A DNA stretch of 64,000 nt from Promethearchaeati archaeon SRVP18_Atabeyarchaeia-1. Lineage in GTDB: Archaea > Asgardarchaeota > Atabeyarchaeia > Atabeyarchaeales > Atabeyarchaeaceae. The position numbers were made by a program, and so were the translations under genes. A model generated the notes under the pieces. The model saw only the letters and a list, made by a program, of their open reading frames with translations. It was not told the DNA's origin and did no database searches. Each line of letters begins with the position of its first letter. Position 1 is the first letter of the stretch. Shown here piece after piece: positions 1 through 10,212 of this stretch. The stretch covers positions 1,632,001 to 1,696,000 of the forward strand of contig CP147779.1 of the NCBI GenBank assembly GCA_037308085.1, read 5' to 3'.

Positions 1-1
1 T

Positions 2-457
2 ACAATAGACTCATTCATAAAGGAACTGAGAATAGGGAGACCGCTAATGCATGTCACCCTTCAGGGTGCAAGAATAGCGGATGCCGAGGTTCTAAGATCC
101 GCGCCGTGTGGATGCACGTGGTACATAGCGGAGACTATAAAAAACCACTCACTGATTGGATTGGAAGAAAGGATCGCATTGTCACATCACTCCTACCCGT
201 GCACGGCGAGCATGGAAAACGATCCTGTGCTCAAAGAGAAGATCCTTCACAAGGCCGGGTACATGGCTCGAGAAGCGGTGAAGCGTGCAATTGACGAGTT
301 CGTCTTGGCGCATCCAGAAGTCGAGCAGGAAGTCATGCAGGCAGTAGCGCTAACGGGAAAGGAGACGCAAGTACCGCGAGAAGTGACGACTGCGTCAGAC
401 GCTGAAAGGGAAATTAGGGAGGTTTTCGCGGAGAATGCCGCCGAGAATAATCCCTGA
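2..457 (+). CDS. DUF166-family protein (5' truncated by window edge)
   Basis: Frame open from position 2; motifs VLRSAPCGCTW and HHSYPCTASMENDP..ILHKAG. Confidence 0.75.
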   Translation, partial: TIDSFIKELRIGRPLMHVTLQGARIADAEVLRSAPCGCTWYIAETIKNHSLIGLEERIALSHHSYPCTASMENDPVLKEKILHKAGYMAREAVKRAIDEFVLAHPEVEQEVMQAVALTGKETQVPREVTTASDAEREIREVFAENAAENNP

Positions 458-683
458 GAAATGTAGGGGCTGCAACGACTGTGTAATAGTGTGCCCTAAC
501 AAGATCATCTGCGTAGCGAACGGTAAGGCGAAGATCACCGAGCCGGAAGCGTGCATCGAGTGCGCGAATTGCATCGATAACTGTGGATGCGGCGGGATAA
601 CTGGGGCAAAGGAGCGGCACGAAGGCTACCTTAAGGTTGCTCAAATAGCCTCCAGACGAATGTCACTCGTCAAAAAGGAGTAG
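435..683 (+). CDS. 2x[4Fe-4S] ferredoxin
   Basis: CxxCxxCxxxCP and CxxCxxCxxxC motifs. Confidence 0.85.
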   Translation: MPPRIIPEKCRGCNDCVIVCPNKIICVANGKAKITEPEACIECANCIDNCGCGGITGAKERHEGYLKVAQIASRRMSLVKKE

Positions 684-739
684 TATCACTCGTTTCGCGT
701 AGCGGCGGCTCTGAGTTTTTCTGTCTCGGAAACCATTGC

Positions 740-1081
740 CTAGAACTTGGCTCTCATCCCCAGCGCACAGAGACCGAGTTGAATTACGTCAAAAGCCATC
801 GTAATGAAGGCAAACATCAATCCGATTATGATCCCAGCGATGCTAAAGACAATTCCTGCGATGCTGATGAGCAGTCCAAGCTTGAAGCTCCATTTTCTGA
901 GCTTAATCAAGCCATAGATTACAGCTATCCATATCGGGAAAAACGGAATGATGGAAACTGCCAAGAGAAGGTTCTGTGGGATCATAGCTAGGGCTCCGAC
1001 CTCGATGAAGGCATGTATGATCATATTGGTGATGAATGAGGCAAATGCGCCCGAGACTATAGTTCCGACTTGGGGGCTCAT
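740..1081 (-). CDS. small multi-pass membrane protein
   Basis: About 4 hydrophobic segments in 113 aa. Confidence 0.7.
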   Translation of the reverse strand: MSPQVGTIVSGAFASFITNMIIHAFIEVGALAMIPQNLLLAVSIIPFFPIWIAVIYGLIKLRKWSFKLGLLISIAGIVFSIAGIIIGLMFAFITMAFDVIQLGLCALGMRAKF

Positions 1082-1306
1082 AGCTATCCTCGCCTTGTCA
1101 CTGATTCCGAAGGGAATTGTTTCTGCTTCATATCAGACTCAACGGTTATATAGTTTATCTTCTTCAGACCATCCTCGCAATTACTTCCGAAACCATGAAC
1201 GATCAAGAGAAAGGATTTATAGCAAATAACCACCACTAGAAAGCCTAACGGTAAAGACAATTATGTCCAAAGTAAGTTCAGGCGGAATACAAAAACCGTT
1301 CACCTG

Positions 1307-1738
1307 GTGGTCATCTTGGGTGAAGAAGCTACTCTTCTTGACTTTAGGAAGATTCAGGAGATACTGTACTCGCTTTCGCGTGATTGCCCCGGAATATCGG
1401 GGAGTGCGGTTCTAACCAAGGACGGTCTGCCCGTAGCCTCGGTTGTTCTTCCTGAGGGAGTAGATGAAGCTATGCTTGCTGCGATATCCGCATCGATCCT
1501 GACAACTGGGAGACTTGCAGCAAACGAGCTAAGACATCAGGGCGGAGTCCAACGTGTGATTGTTGAGACGAAGGATGGAACCATAGTCGTGGCGGGAATC
1601 CCTGAAGCTGAGGCTGTGCTAACGGTGACTGCGTCAAGGGATACGAAGCTGGGAATGGTTTTCCTAACCATGGATAAGGCATCCAGAAAGCTCAAGGAGG
1701 AATTGACGAGGTTCCTTTCTTCAACTAGCAGGATTTAG
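1307..1738 (+). CDS. roadblock/LC7 (MglB-like) protein
   Basis: SAVLTKDGLPVAS, AAISASIL, VIVETKDG, LGMVFL pattern. Confidence 0.9.
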   Translation: MVILGEEATLLDFRKIQEILYSLSRDCPGISGSAVLTKDGLPVASVVLPEGVDEAMLAAISASILTTGRLAANELRHQGGVQRVIVETKDGTIVVAGIPEAEAVLTVTASRDTKLGMVFLTMDKASRKLKEELTRFLSSTSRI

Positions 1739-2820
1739 TGTCTTGGGAGTAGCTCGAAGCTTCTTATTACTTCACTCTTCATGTCGTCCAGCCCGCCCAA
1801 TTTCACTTTGTTGAGTTCCTTTACCGCTTCAAGTGGGCTCAGCTTGAGCATGTTTGCTGCAAGCTTGTAGTGTTGCAGGGTGTTGAGCTTCTCAGCGACC
1901 CTCTTCTCCTTGGCGCCAATCAGCTCCTTGAACATCGTTTCGGCCTCAGCGCTCTCTCCAAGCAGTTTGTACAGCATGGTACTCATCATGAGATTGTATG
2001 AGAACCTCTTGTAGTCGCTGGGTGACGATCGCCCGACGAGTAGCAATGGATCGAGATTCATAAGGGCAACCCTGAAGCCGACCGCGGCGTCTAGCAGTAT
2101 CTTGGATGCCTCTGGCACCAAGTCATTCTTTAAGAGGGAGACCACTTGGGCTACGCGGTTCTCCGAAGAGCGCTGCAGTAGAATCGACTTGGTTTCCATT
2201 GCAATTTCTCCCATTCCTGTCTTCGGAAGAAGATCGCTCAACTGCTCCAGCGAGGCGACATAGGCTGAGCCTATTCTCCCAAACGCCTCTGAAGCCTTCG
2301 CGTAGTCTTCCTTGTCGAAACTCTTCCTAGCTTCCTTTTCCAGCTCGATTATGTTCTCCCCAGTGCCGAGGATAGACCCCTGGGTCATCATTCTCTCTGC
2401 GTCGCTCCAAAGCTTAAGCGCCGCAAAACAGTCAGCGGCACCAGCATAGCTTGCAGCGGCTGCCCCGTCAAACCGTTTGCGCCCCACCTTTGCGTAGGCT
2501 TCGCCAGCCTTCTGATAGCAGTCTATGGCGTCACCCCAAAGCTGTGACTTGCGAAGTGAGTTAGCAACGAAGAGGAAAATCTTGCCGGCTTCTGAGAAAG
2601 CCCCATTCATCTCCAAGGTCTCGGCAGCCTCGATCAGCGAGCATGCCCAGCTCGCCAATTCTCCGTATTCGGACAGTGCGCTGCCATAGGCGAGGAACGC
2701 ATCGGCTGCATCAGAATAGCTCCCACGCTCCATGTATTTCGCGGCTCTATCTCTGATGCGGTTGGCTTCATCCATCTTCTTTGCCCAGGTTCCGAACTGA
2801 TCATCGGTGTCTGCACACAT
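1735..2820 (-). CDS. alpha-SNAP-like TPR/helical repeat protein
   Basis: Repeated AAxxF/Y..AG..Y helices (e.g. AIDCYQKAGEAY). Confidence 0.6.
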   Translation of the reverse strand: MCADTDDQFGTWAKKMDEANRIRDRAAKYMERGSYSDAADAFLAYGSALSEYGELASWACSLIEAAETLEMNGAFSEAGKIFLFVANSLRKSQLWGDAIDCYQKAGEAYAKVGRKRFDGAAAASYAGAADCFAALKLWSDAERMMTQGSILGTGENIIELEKEARKSFDKEDYAKASEAFGRIGSAYVASLEQLSDLLPKTGMGEIAMETKSILLQRSSENRVAQVVSLLKNDLVPEASKILLDAAVGFRVALMNLDPLLLVGRSSPSDYKRFSYNLMMSTMLYKLLGESAEAETMFKELIGAKEKRVAEKLNTLQHYKLAANMLKLSPLEAVKELNKVKLGGLDDMKSEVIRSFELLPRH

Positions 2821-3049
2821 GGTTCCAAGATCCCCATTTCACATTTGTTGGAAGCCTTGTAGAAATGGCTTAGCTAGATTAGCAATTGCTACTTTATAAA
2901 CTCAAAGGAAGAAGGCAGTTGATCGGAATCGGCTGTCCTCCGATCTCATATCCTCCTAGTGGTGAAAGAGAAACCGCAACTTCCACTCTATGCGTAGGCA
3001 CTGGTTGCAGGTGCAGGGTATTCCTTTTGCGAATACTGAAAATTAACCA

Positions 3050-3100
3050 AGGTAATATATTATTCCAGGATATTATACAGGGTAATATTTATATACCTGT
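3050..3100. promoter_or_regulatory. AT-rich repeated/inverted operator-like boxes upstream of the TRASH gene
   Basis: AGGTAATATA, AGGATATTATA, AGGGTAATATTT and inverted TATATACCT; ACAGG...CCTGT arms. Confidence 0.4.
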
Positions 3101-3148
3101 CCTCACACTAAAAGAAGAAAAACAGCGTCTAGCACGACGACAAAGGAG

Positions 3149-3310
3149 ATGACACAAGACATGCTACGATGCGAAACATGCGGACGGCAGCTCACGTACG
3201 ACAAGGCAAACAGAGACATTAACGATGGCGGAAAGCCATTCCACTTCTGCAGCAGAGAATGCGAGAGCACGTGGAAGGAAACCATCAGAAACGTTTCTGT
3301 AGCTCATTAG
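3149..3310 (+). CDS. small TRASH/YHS-type metal-binding protein (below ORF-track cutoff)
   Basis: MTQDMLRCETCGRQL...FHFCSRECESTW; CxxC...FCSxxC; second in-frame ATG at 3161 follows GGAG. Confidence 0.75.
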   Translation: MTQDMLRCETCGRQLTYDKANRDINDGGKPFHFCSRECESTWKETIRNVSVAH

Positions 3311-3408
3311 AACGCAGGGCGCCTCAGCATTGAGCGCTCTAAGCGCTCGACTTTCCTCTGCTTCTTTCACCGAGCTGATCCGCATAGAAAAAGTGGGGAG
3401 AGGTTCAA

Positions 3409-3528
3409 CTAAGCGGTTCCAGACTGCCTTTCAACCTCAAAAGCAATTCGAACCTCAGCTCTGAATGCGGTCACCTGACTATTATCAACCTTAACTTCTA
3501 GTTTCAGAACTTGGGCCACGACTCCAAC
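3409..3528 (-). pseudogene. C-terminal dodecin fragment
   Basis: Translates VAQVLKLEVKVDNSQVTAFRAEVRIAFEVERQSGTA*, matching the C-half of the dodecin at 5305-5508; in-frame TGA upstream. Confidence 0.8.
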
Positions 3529-3703
3529 TCACTGCTTCGCCTGGTTGCCCAGTACTCCCAGTATGCTTCAGCCAAGTCAGGGAGTAGAGAAAAGTGGATT
3601 CTTGCCGCTCTCTTCTCCAGCGTCAGATGCAAATGGTTGTATTAATAGGAAATTCCTGCACTTGATTCTTGTCGGATGCGAGCTCAACAGCTGAGGAGGA
3701 AGA

Positions 3704-5077
3704 ATGCGGCTGAACCCTTTGATGAATGTGGATGCACTAACAGGTCAGGAACGTAGCTACCTGTCAGGTTTGTTCTTTGCGGATGGATGTTTGAGCAGGG
3801 ACAAGCGTCTCCAAGAACAGCCAATCAGGTGCGTCGCCTACTCCCTTCAGGGGAATGAAGAGGAACTGGCGCACAGGGTCATTGCGATCATGGAGCGCGC
3901 AATGCTAAAGCCCCACTTGTACAGGGCGAAGGATAAGGATTGCCTCTACGTTGTTGCGAGTTGTACTAATCTTGGTGAGTTCTTCCCGAGCAAAGAGACT
4001 ATTTTGGCTGATGGTGAAGCGAGGCGAAAGTTTTTCGAGGATGGCAACTTGGTGTTTGATCTTGGGAATCGTGTTGCATTCTGTGCAGGTCTTCCTGATG
4101 GGGACGGGACATGTGAGGCCACCTTTACGGAGGTTCGCAGCAAGAGGGCGACAAGCGTGGGTGGCGTCCATGCGCGGTGACTTTTCACTCAGACTAGCTA
4201 TCCTTTTCTGCTCGACTTCCTTCGAGAGACACTTGAGAGCATCGCAGCTCACTCTACGAGTGACATCTGCCGTGAGGGATCGCTCTGCGGTGTGATGATT
4301 AAGATTGACGGAAGGCAAGCACTGCTTGGGGCTGGAATCGCCAAGTGGTCGTGGAAGGTAGGGACTTGGATGAAATCTTTTTCTGCTATCAGCGACGCCA
4401 AATGCGAGGAGAGGGCTGCAAGAGAGAAGCTGGCCGAGAACGGAGGGCTCAAGCTTGTTGATGTAGCTAAGAAACTAGGCGTCCGCCCTTCGATTCTGCA
4501 CCGTATGTACTGGAGTGGCCGATTGCAAGCCGAACTTGTACGTGAGAGAGCTGGCATCGGTCGCCTTGTCATTCCGAGGAACGAGGCTGAAAGGCTAACG
4601 AGTTTGCTTTCTGAGAGGAGGAGGGATCTGAAAAACGTCAAGGATGACGGTGGAGCAAAGCTCACGGATGTTGCCAAGACCCTTGGAGTTCCACAGAGTA
4701 CGCTGCGCAACTTGCGATTCCGCGGTGAGATGGAAGCTGTTCTAGTTCGGGGCGCTGGTAAGGGTGGTCTTGGACGCCTTTTCATACCTGTGAATGAGGT
4801 TGAGAGACTCACGAAGATCGTAAGCGACAATAGCGAGAATGCGAGCAATGCAGAGCGAAATGGAATATTACTAAAGGAAGCGTCAAAGATCCTTGGTCTG
4901 GCGCCCAGCACGTTGCGCAATTGGCGTCGTCGCGGAAAGCTCAATGCCACTCTTGTGCGGACGGGAATGGGTGTAGACCGATTAGTGATCCAGACAAGCG
5001 AGGTCGAGAGGCTTGAGGAGGAACTATCGAAGAAAAGGCGCCGACAAGAACAAGCGAAGCAGGCGCCTATCTGGTAG
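3704..5077 (+). pseudogene. double-motif LAGLIDADG endonuclease fused to three MerR/Xis-type HTH repeats, interrupted by TGA at 4178-4180
   Basis: YLSGLFFADG and FCAGLPDGDG motifs; ORFs 3704-4180 and 4292-5077 are in the same frame with one stop between them; three HTH repeats. Confidence 0.8.
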
Positions 5078-5304
5078 GTTTTCTGTAGACGGACTACCAG
5101 TGAGCGTGAAGGCCCGTTACCAAAGTAGCGTCATCCAACCACGAGTCCATGCGTGCCATCCAGAGATGATCTGAGCTCAGTCCCTTCAATTCTTCTGTTG
5201 CGGAGACTGAGATCATTAGAGTGAAGTGAGATCAAGTTATCGTTCATGTTCCCAAAAAAAGAGATTGGATGAGTTAGGAACTCACACACGCGCTGCATCT
5301 CACT

Positions 5305-5508
5305 TTACCTTTCCACTTCGAACGCTATTTGGACTTCCGCCCTGAAGGCAACTACCTTATTGTCCTCTATCTTCACGTCGAATGCTCTTACGCTAGCTCT
5401 CTTGATTCCTCTGACGGTCTTTGCGGTTTCCTCAACAGCGTTCCTTACTGCTTCAGCAAATGATTCCTCGGAAATGCCGACAACGTCTATTAGTTTCCAG
5501 ATTGGCAT
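5305..5508 (-). CDS. dodecin (flavin-binding)
   Basis: KLIDVVGISEESFAEAVRNAV...FRAEVQIAFEVE, 67 aa. Confidence 0.92.
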   Translation of the reverse strand: MPIWKLIDVVGISEESFAEAVRNAVEETAKTVRGIKRASVRAFDVKIEDNKVVAFRAEVQIAFEVER

Positions 5509-5622
5509 CTTATTCTCCTCCTGCCTAAGTTAACGCTGCATCATCTAGTTAAGCATGATGGTTGAGCGCCTCTCGAAAAAGGAGACTTGATGCAAGGGTG
5601 AGGCGAAACCACATCCCTTGGT

Positions 5623-6462
5623 CTAGAGTCGCTTCCTGTAGTAATCGTACCAGCAAGACAAGGTTGCCTGCTTTGCTTCGGGTCTCTTGGGTGCATAGAA
5701 CTCAGGGTAGTCCTTGAATTTCAGTACTTCCTCTTTGGAGCCTCCACTGCTTACAATCCCTCTTATGATCTTTGTCGTCTTTTCGAAGAAGTCTATGTAC
5801 TTCTGCAGCTCGCTGTCACCGCAGACTGGTCCGTGACCTGGAACAATTAGGCTAGGCTTGAGCTTAGTCAACTGCTTCAATGCCTTCAGCCACTTCTCTG
5901 GGTCGGCGGTCGGGTCTGCTCCCCAAGGGAATCTCTGGGCGAATATCAGATCGCCAGAAAAGAGGATCTTCTCGGACGGTAGGTACACGTAACAGGAATC
6001 TGCAGTGTGTCCACCTGTTTGCCTGAGCTCTAGCAGGATTCCCTCGTCCTTGAATGCGTATTTGGACTCGAATGTCTTTGTTGGGAACGTTATCTCAATG
6101 CCCTTGAGCTTTTCAGCTGTTTCTGGTGAACCTTGTCCGAATCTCTTGATGGCTTCTGGGGTCCATTCCGTCCTTGCAGCCTCAAGCATCTTCTCTCTCA
6201 GCTCCTTGGTCGATACTATCGTGCAGTCCCTGTACACTTGGTTTCCGAAGACGTGGTCTGCGTGATAGTGCGTCAATACGAGAATAGCCACACGTTTTTC
6301 AGTTCTAGTTTCAATGTCTTTCCTAAAGGCCTGCGCTAAGGAAGGAAACATCGATGCGTCAACCGCAACCACAAAGCTTGGAAGAACAATTGCCCCGAAA
6401 TTGCCGTTCCCTTCTCCAGTTGTGTCAACGTAGACGTTGTCAGAAATCTTCTCGATTCTCAC
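5623..6462 (-). CDS. MBL-fold metallo-hydrolase
   Basis: THYHADH, GGHT, FSGD, PGHG; probable GTG start at 6462 after GGAGG. Confidence 0.9.
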   Translation of the reverse strand: MRIEKISDNVYVDTTGEGNGNFGAIVLPSFVVAVDASMFPSLAQAFRKDIETRTEKRVAILVLTHYHADHVFGNQVYRDCTIVSTKELREKMLEAARTEWTPEAIKRFGQGSPETAEKLKGIEITFPTKTFESKYAFKDEGILLELRQTGGHTADSCYVYLPSEKILFSGDLIFAQRFPWGADPTADPEKWLKALKQLTKLKPSLIVPGHGPVCGDSELQKYIDFFEKTTKIIRGIVSSGGSKEEVLKFKDYPEFYAPKRPEAKQATLSCWYDYYRKRL

Positions 6463-6538
6463 TTGCCCACCTCCCTCTAGCCAATACTCCTCCCTAGTTG
6501 AGCGAGGATGATACCCGCCCAATGAGGAAGCAAGTTAG

Positions 6539-6787
6539 TTATTCTGTGCTTATTACGCTTACCGGGCATGCATCTCTCGCGTCTTCAACACATGAAACCA
6601 GATCTTCTCCAACTTCGCCTTTGCCCGGCTCACCTTTTCTGTGTTTCGGAACAACGCTGGAGAGTGTATCTTCGTCCAACTTGAAGACTTCTGGACATGT
6701 CTGCTCACAGCTTCCGCAGGAAATACAATTGGCGCGATCTATTGATATCTTCGTGCTGATCCCCTCGAAAGCTCTGTGTCGCCACAC
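6539..6787 (-). CDS. monocluster ferredoxin
   Basis: CISCGSCEQTCPEVF...ACPV; start uncertain. Confidence 0.85.
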   Translation of the reverse strand: MWRHRAFEGISTKISIDRANCISCGSCEQTCPEVFKLDEDTLSSVVPKHRKGEPGKGEVGEDLVSCVEDARDACPVSVISTE

Positions 6788-7122
6788 GTATCTAATATTT
6801 CGACCCTAGGCTTGGTGGATGGTTGGATCATGTGTATGGGAGTCGGAGGAGTCTTGATTCATATAAAGAGGATGTGTAACGATAGAACGTTTTGATGCCA
6901 TCTATGCCCATATGAGTGTAACCCGGAGCCTGCACACCGGGATGAGCGAAGGACGAAGAGCATAATAACGCTATCGCTCTCAAAGATTTCCTTGGGCACG
7001 CCTAGTCGAAAGAATCATGGTACTGCCAGTTTCCGGCATTGAGATCCTCTCGCAAAGGTCTACGAAAACTATTTGAGCTTCCCTCAAGCATAAGGGGAAG
7101 CCATAATTGAAACGAACACGGA

Positions 7123-8424
7123 GTGAGGGTGACTCAATCGTCAAAAGAATTCAAAGTCTACGGCTACAGGTGGGCCGTTCTTCTTGTCTTTGGCCTGGTT
7201 TTCATGATGAGCCAGTTGACTTGGCTTGCGTTCTCCCTTATACCAAACGAGGTTGCCCCTGTTTTCGGCATCACAGATACATCGATGATCATTTTCCTCA
7301 CAGCGTCACAGCCACTAGTATTCATCATTCTATCGATTCCAGTTGGAATGTTGGCTGACCGCAAGGGGCTGAGGATAGTGGCAGGTGCTGGATCAGTGAT
7401 TGTGACGATCTTTGCCGCACTCAGAATATTCCTCATCGACGACTTCATGATGATCTTCCTTTGCCAGATAGGGCTATCAGTTGGAGCGGTCCTGATCCAA
7501 GATTGCATTACCTACCTCAGCGCACATTGGTTCCCGAGAGCCGAGAGGACTCTAGCTACAGGCGTAAGTACTGTATTCCAGCTACTGGGTATGCTAATAG
7601 GATCCATAATGAGCCTTCTTCTATGGGTAGTCCCATTCTGGGGGGGTAGCTATAGCGCAGCTGCTGCTCGGGGTAACGTTGTTTCCATACTTACCATTCA
7701 GGCGGTGCTTTCAGTGATCTTCATGGTACTTTTCTTCATCGTAGGCAAGGATCGACCTAAGCTTCCGCCAGAAATCGAAGAGGTTACAACAAAGAAACCC
7801 AGCGTAATGCGAATGCTAAGGGACCGAAGCCCATGGATCATTTCATACGGGTTCTTTGCTGGCTTTGCAGTCGTCATTGGTCTCACAGGAATCCTTGAAA
7901 ATCTGCTCATAAGCTTGGGAGTAGTGGAAGTACCCGGTATCTCAAACCCGGTCGTGATCACACAAACACTGATACTTGCTTCTGGAATCGTTGGTGCCTT
8001 TGTCATTTCAGCAATCTCGGACAAAGTTCAAAGAAGGAAACCATTCCTGCTTCTTGCATCGGTAATTGGTGCGATAACAACCCTGCTACTAGGAATAAGT
8101 CCATTCTCCATGCTCACGTACGTGATAGCGGTTCTGCTTGGGTTCTTCTTGATCAGCGTCATGCCAGTGGCGTTAACAACAACGGAAGAGTTAAAGTCAG
8201 TTGGTCCACAGCTGTCAGGGGCAAGCGCAGGTCTAATATTCGAATTCGCCAACCTAGGTGGATTCCTGGGACTCTTGATCTTGGAATATGTTCTAAAGGA
8301 TCCCACAGCCGTCCAGCCGTACTTCTATTCAATCCTGTTCCTATTCGCAGCACTGCTAATAGCCGGCGCACTGTTTCTACTGGTACCGGAGACGGGAAAA
8401 CGGGAAAAAGCAAAGAAGAAGTAG
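7123..8424 (+). CDS. MFS transporter
   Basis: 12 TM pattern; GMLADRKGLR motif A; YRWAVL; WFPRAER. Confidence 0.9.
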   Translation: MRVTQSSKEFKVYGYRWAVLLVFGLVFMMSQLTWLAFSLIPNEVAPVFGITDTSMIIFLTASQPLVFIILSIPVGMLADRKGLRIVAGAGSVIVTIFAALRIFLIDDFMMIFLCQIGLSVGAVLIQDCITYLSAHWFPRAERTLATGVSTVFQLLGMLIGSIMSLLLWVVPFWGGSYSAAAARGNVVSILTIQAVLSVIFMVLFFIVGKDRPKLPPEIEEVTTKKPSVMRMLRDRSPWIISYGFFAGFAVVIGLTGILENLLISLGVVEVPGISNPVVITQTLILASGIVGAFVISAISDKVQRRKPFLLLASVIGAITTLLLGISPFSMLTYVIAVLLGFFLISVMPVALTTTEELKSVGPQLSGASAGLIFEFANLGGFLGLLILEYVLKDPTAVQPYFYSILFLFAALLIAGALFLLVPETGKREKAKKK

Positions 8425-8599
8425 ATACTCAAATTCTCTCCCTCTTTTTCTTTTTATAGGAATGAAGTCGTATCTACATAGCGTTGCAGGTGATCAGCTA
8501 TGGTGTTGAGGATCGATTCCCAAGAATACTCCCAAAGAATAGAGAAACTGAGGTCTCTCACCGAAAGAGAAGGGTTGGTTTTCTGCATATCATTAGGTG

Positions 8600-8790
8600 T
8601 CATTCGAGACTTAGTGACGTAGCAGCTACTTTCCCACCTGCCTTGTCAGGTGCCGGCTTAACCCCATTGCCGGTAGCCCCCGGGTTTCCACCGGGCTCCC
8701 CGCCCTTTCGCACCCCTTCACTCATCCGAGGTGTGCCGTGGCAAGCGGGGTGACCTGTGAAGTCGGCTCGACCAGGCCCGCCCGGCTTCA
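8600..8790 (-). ncRNA. putative omegaRNA/reRNA scaffold of the TnpB
   Basis: Consecutive stems at the tnpB 3' end: CCCGG-TGGAAA-CCGGG, CCGGC..GCCGG, CACCTG..CAGGTG, GTAGC..GCTAC, CCCGC..GCGGG. Confidence 0.55.
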
Positions 8791-10209
8791 ACCTTCTACT
8801 GCCTTTCCTTCCAGGTGGCGCCCTGTAGGGGTCCCCCGGGCGAGCGCGGCCGTAGAGGATGCCCACACGTAACGCACGGGCACCCTGACCCTCGGCATCC
8901 TGCCTCTCCCTAGGGCAATGGATAATGGCTTCTCCAGCTTCTCACCGTACCCGTAGAACCTTCTCCCTATCACGTACGCGGCTGCCTCGTGGACCGATAG
9001 CCCAAGCCTCCACGAGTACTTCGCGGCGCCGAGCTTCGACGTGTACGCCGGGTTGACGGTAGAGACCGGGCACCCCTTCTTCCGGCACCTGCTCAGAAGG
9101 TTCTCCGTGAACTTCCTCCTCACAAAGGCGTACACGACCCTGTTCGCCCTCCTCCCGAAACTCTTGTGAGCTTTCAGGTCCAGGTCCTCTATCACGAATG
9201 AGTGGGTGTCCCACGCCTCGGCGAACTCCATGATCCTGCTCACGAGCGCCCCGACTAGCGAGTCTCTCTTCCCCTGGGAGGCGTATATCAGCCTGTCCTC
9301 CCTAAGGAACCTGTGGGCCACCAGGTTGCCATCCCTGGAGGTGATTGCGGTGGCGAATCCCCCGGGGTTCTGGTCCACTGAGCATACCCTCAGGATTGTT
9401 CCCTTTGGCTCCGGTGGCTGCTCAGCCTCGAAGCTCACATCTGCGAAACACCTTTCCCTACGCCTCGTGAAGCGAACCGGATATGCTCCGCCATCCTCGA
9501 GAGGCGCGAGGTACTCCATGAAGTTGCTGGGGACGCAGAGCTGGAACTCCTTGACGCTGTTCGCCACCCTGTACACTCTTCCGTCCTCGCCAGTCCTTGC
9601 CCTATCGATGCTCTCCGGGAAGCGCACCGCTACAGCTCTTCCCTCTTTCACGATTCTTATGTTGGCGTTGCCCTTCTGGTTCGCCTGGCCTATCGAGTAG
9701 ACCTGGTTGCTCCTCGCCTCCCTCCATTCACGGTTGCTTATCTTTTCCCTCACCAGTGCGGTGAAGTTACTTCTGCCGCCGAAGATCGCCTTCGGCACCG
9801 TTCCATCGTGGATATGTTTCTGGTAGAACTCTGCCCTCTTCTTGAGCTTCGCGAGAAGCTTGCCGAGCGCTGCCCTCCTGCCCGGCGACTTCGTCTTCTC
9901 TATTAGCTTCTCAACGCGCCATATTCTGTCCTGCACGCTGCCCAGATACAGTGGTAGCAGCTTCCTTTGGCTCTCGATGACTGCTTGGGCGTCTCTACCT
10001 GAGTGCTCGGCGTACCTCCAGTTCAAGCGGAGGGAGCTGTACTCGAGAAGCAGGTGCGTCACCTCGTTGACAGTGCGCCCCTCAAGTAGCCTGTTGTAGG
10101 CTATCCTCTTCGCGGAGCAGTACCTCGCCATGAGGTCGTCGAGCCCGCTTCTATCGGCGCTCGATAGCGCTGCGAGTTCAACTTCGAACGTGAACTGCAA
10201 CCTTCTCAT
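8788..10209 (-). CDS. tnpB: large TnpB-related RuvC protein without zinc finger
   Basis: SAKRIAYNRLLEG, IFGG, RuvC-I SVDQNP, RuvC-II VIEDL, VNPAYTS, HEAAAYVIGRR. Confidence 0.88.
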   Translation of the reverse strand: MRRLQFTFEVELAALSSADRSGLDDLMARYCSAKRIAYNRLLEGRTVNEVTHLLLEYSSLRLNWRYAEHSGRDAQAVIESQRKLLPLYLGSVQDRIWRVEKLIEKTKSPGRRAALGKLLAKLKKRAEFYQKHIHDGTVPKAIFGGRSNFTALVREKISNREWREARSNQVYSIGQANQKGNANIRIVKEGRAVAVRFPESIDRARTGEDGRVYRVANSVKEFQLCVPSNFMEYLAPLEDGGAYPVRFTRRRERCFADVSFEAEQPPEPKGTILRVCSVDQNPGGFATAITSRDGNLVAHRFLREDRLIYASQGKRDSLVGALVSRIMEFAEAWDTHSFVIEDLDLKAHKSFGRRANRVVYAFVRRKFTENLLSRCRKKGCPVSTVNPAYTSKLGAAKYSWRLGLSVHEAAAYVIGRRFYGYGEKLEKPLSIALGRGRMPRVRVPVRYVWASSTAALARGTPTGRHLEGKAVEG

Positions 10210-10212
10210 CCC

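Noticed and set aside
4178-4180. Selenocysteine or programmed readthrough at the in-frame TGA
   Set aside because: Not a redox-Cys context, no SECIS recognised, and TGA is used as a normal stop throughout the window
4249-4950. 233-aa antisense ORF (and similar shadow ORFs across the track)
   Set aside because: Antisense to well-supported genes and without motifs
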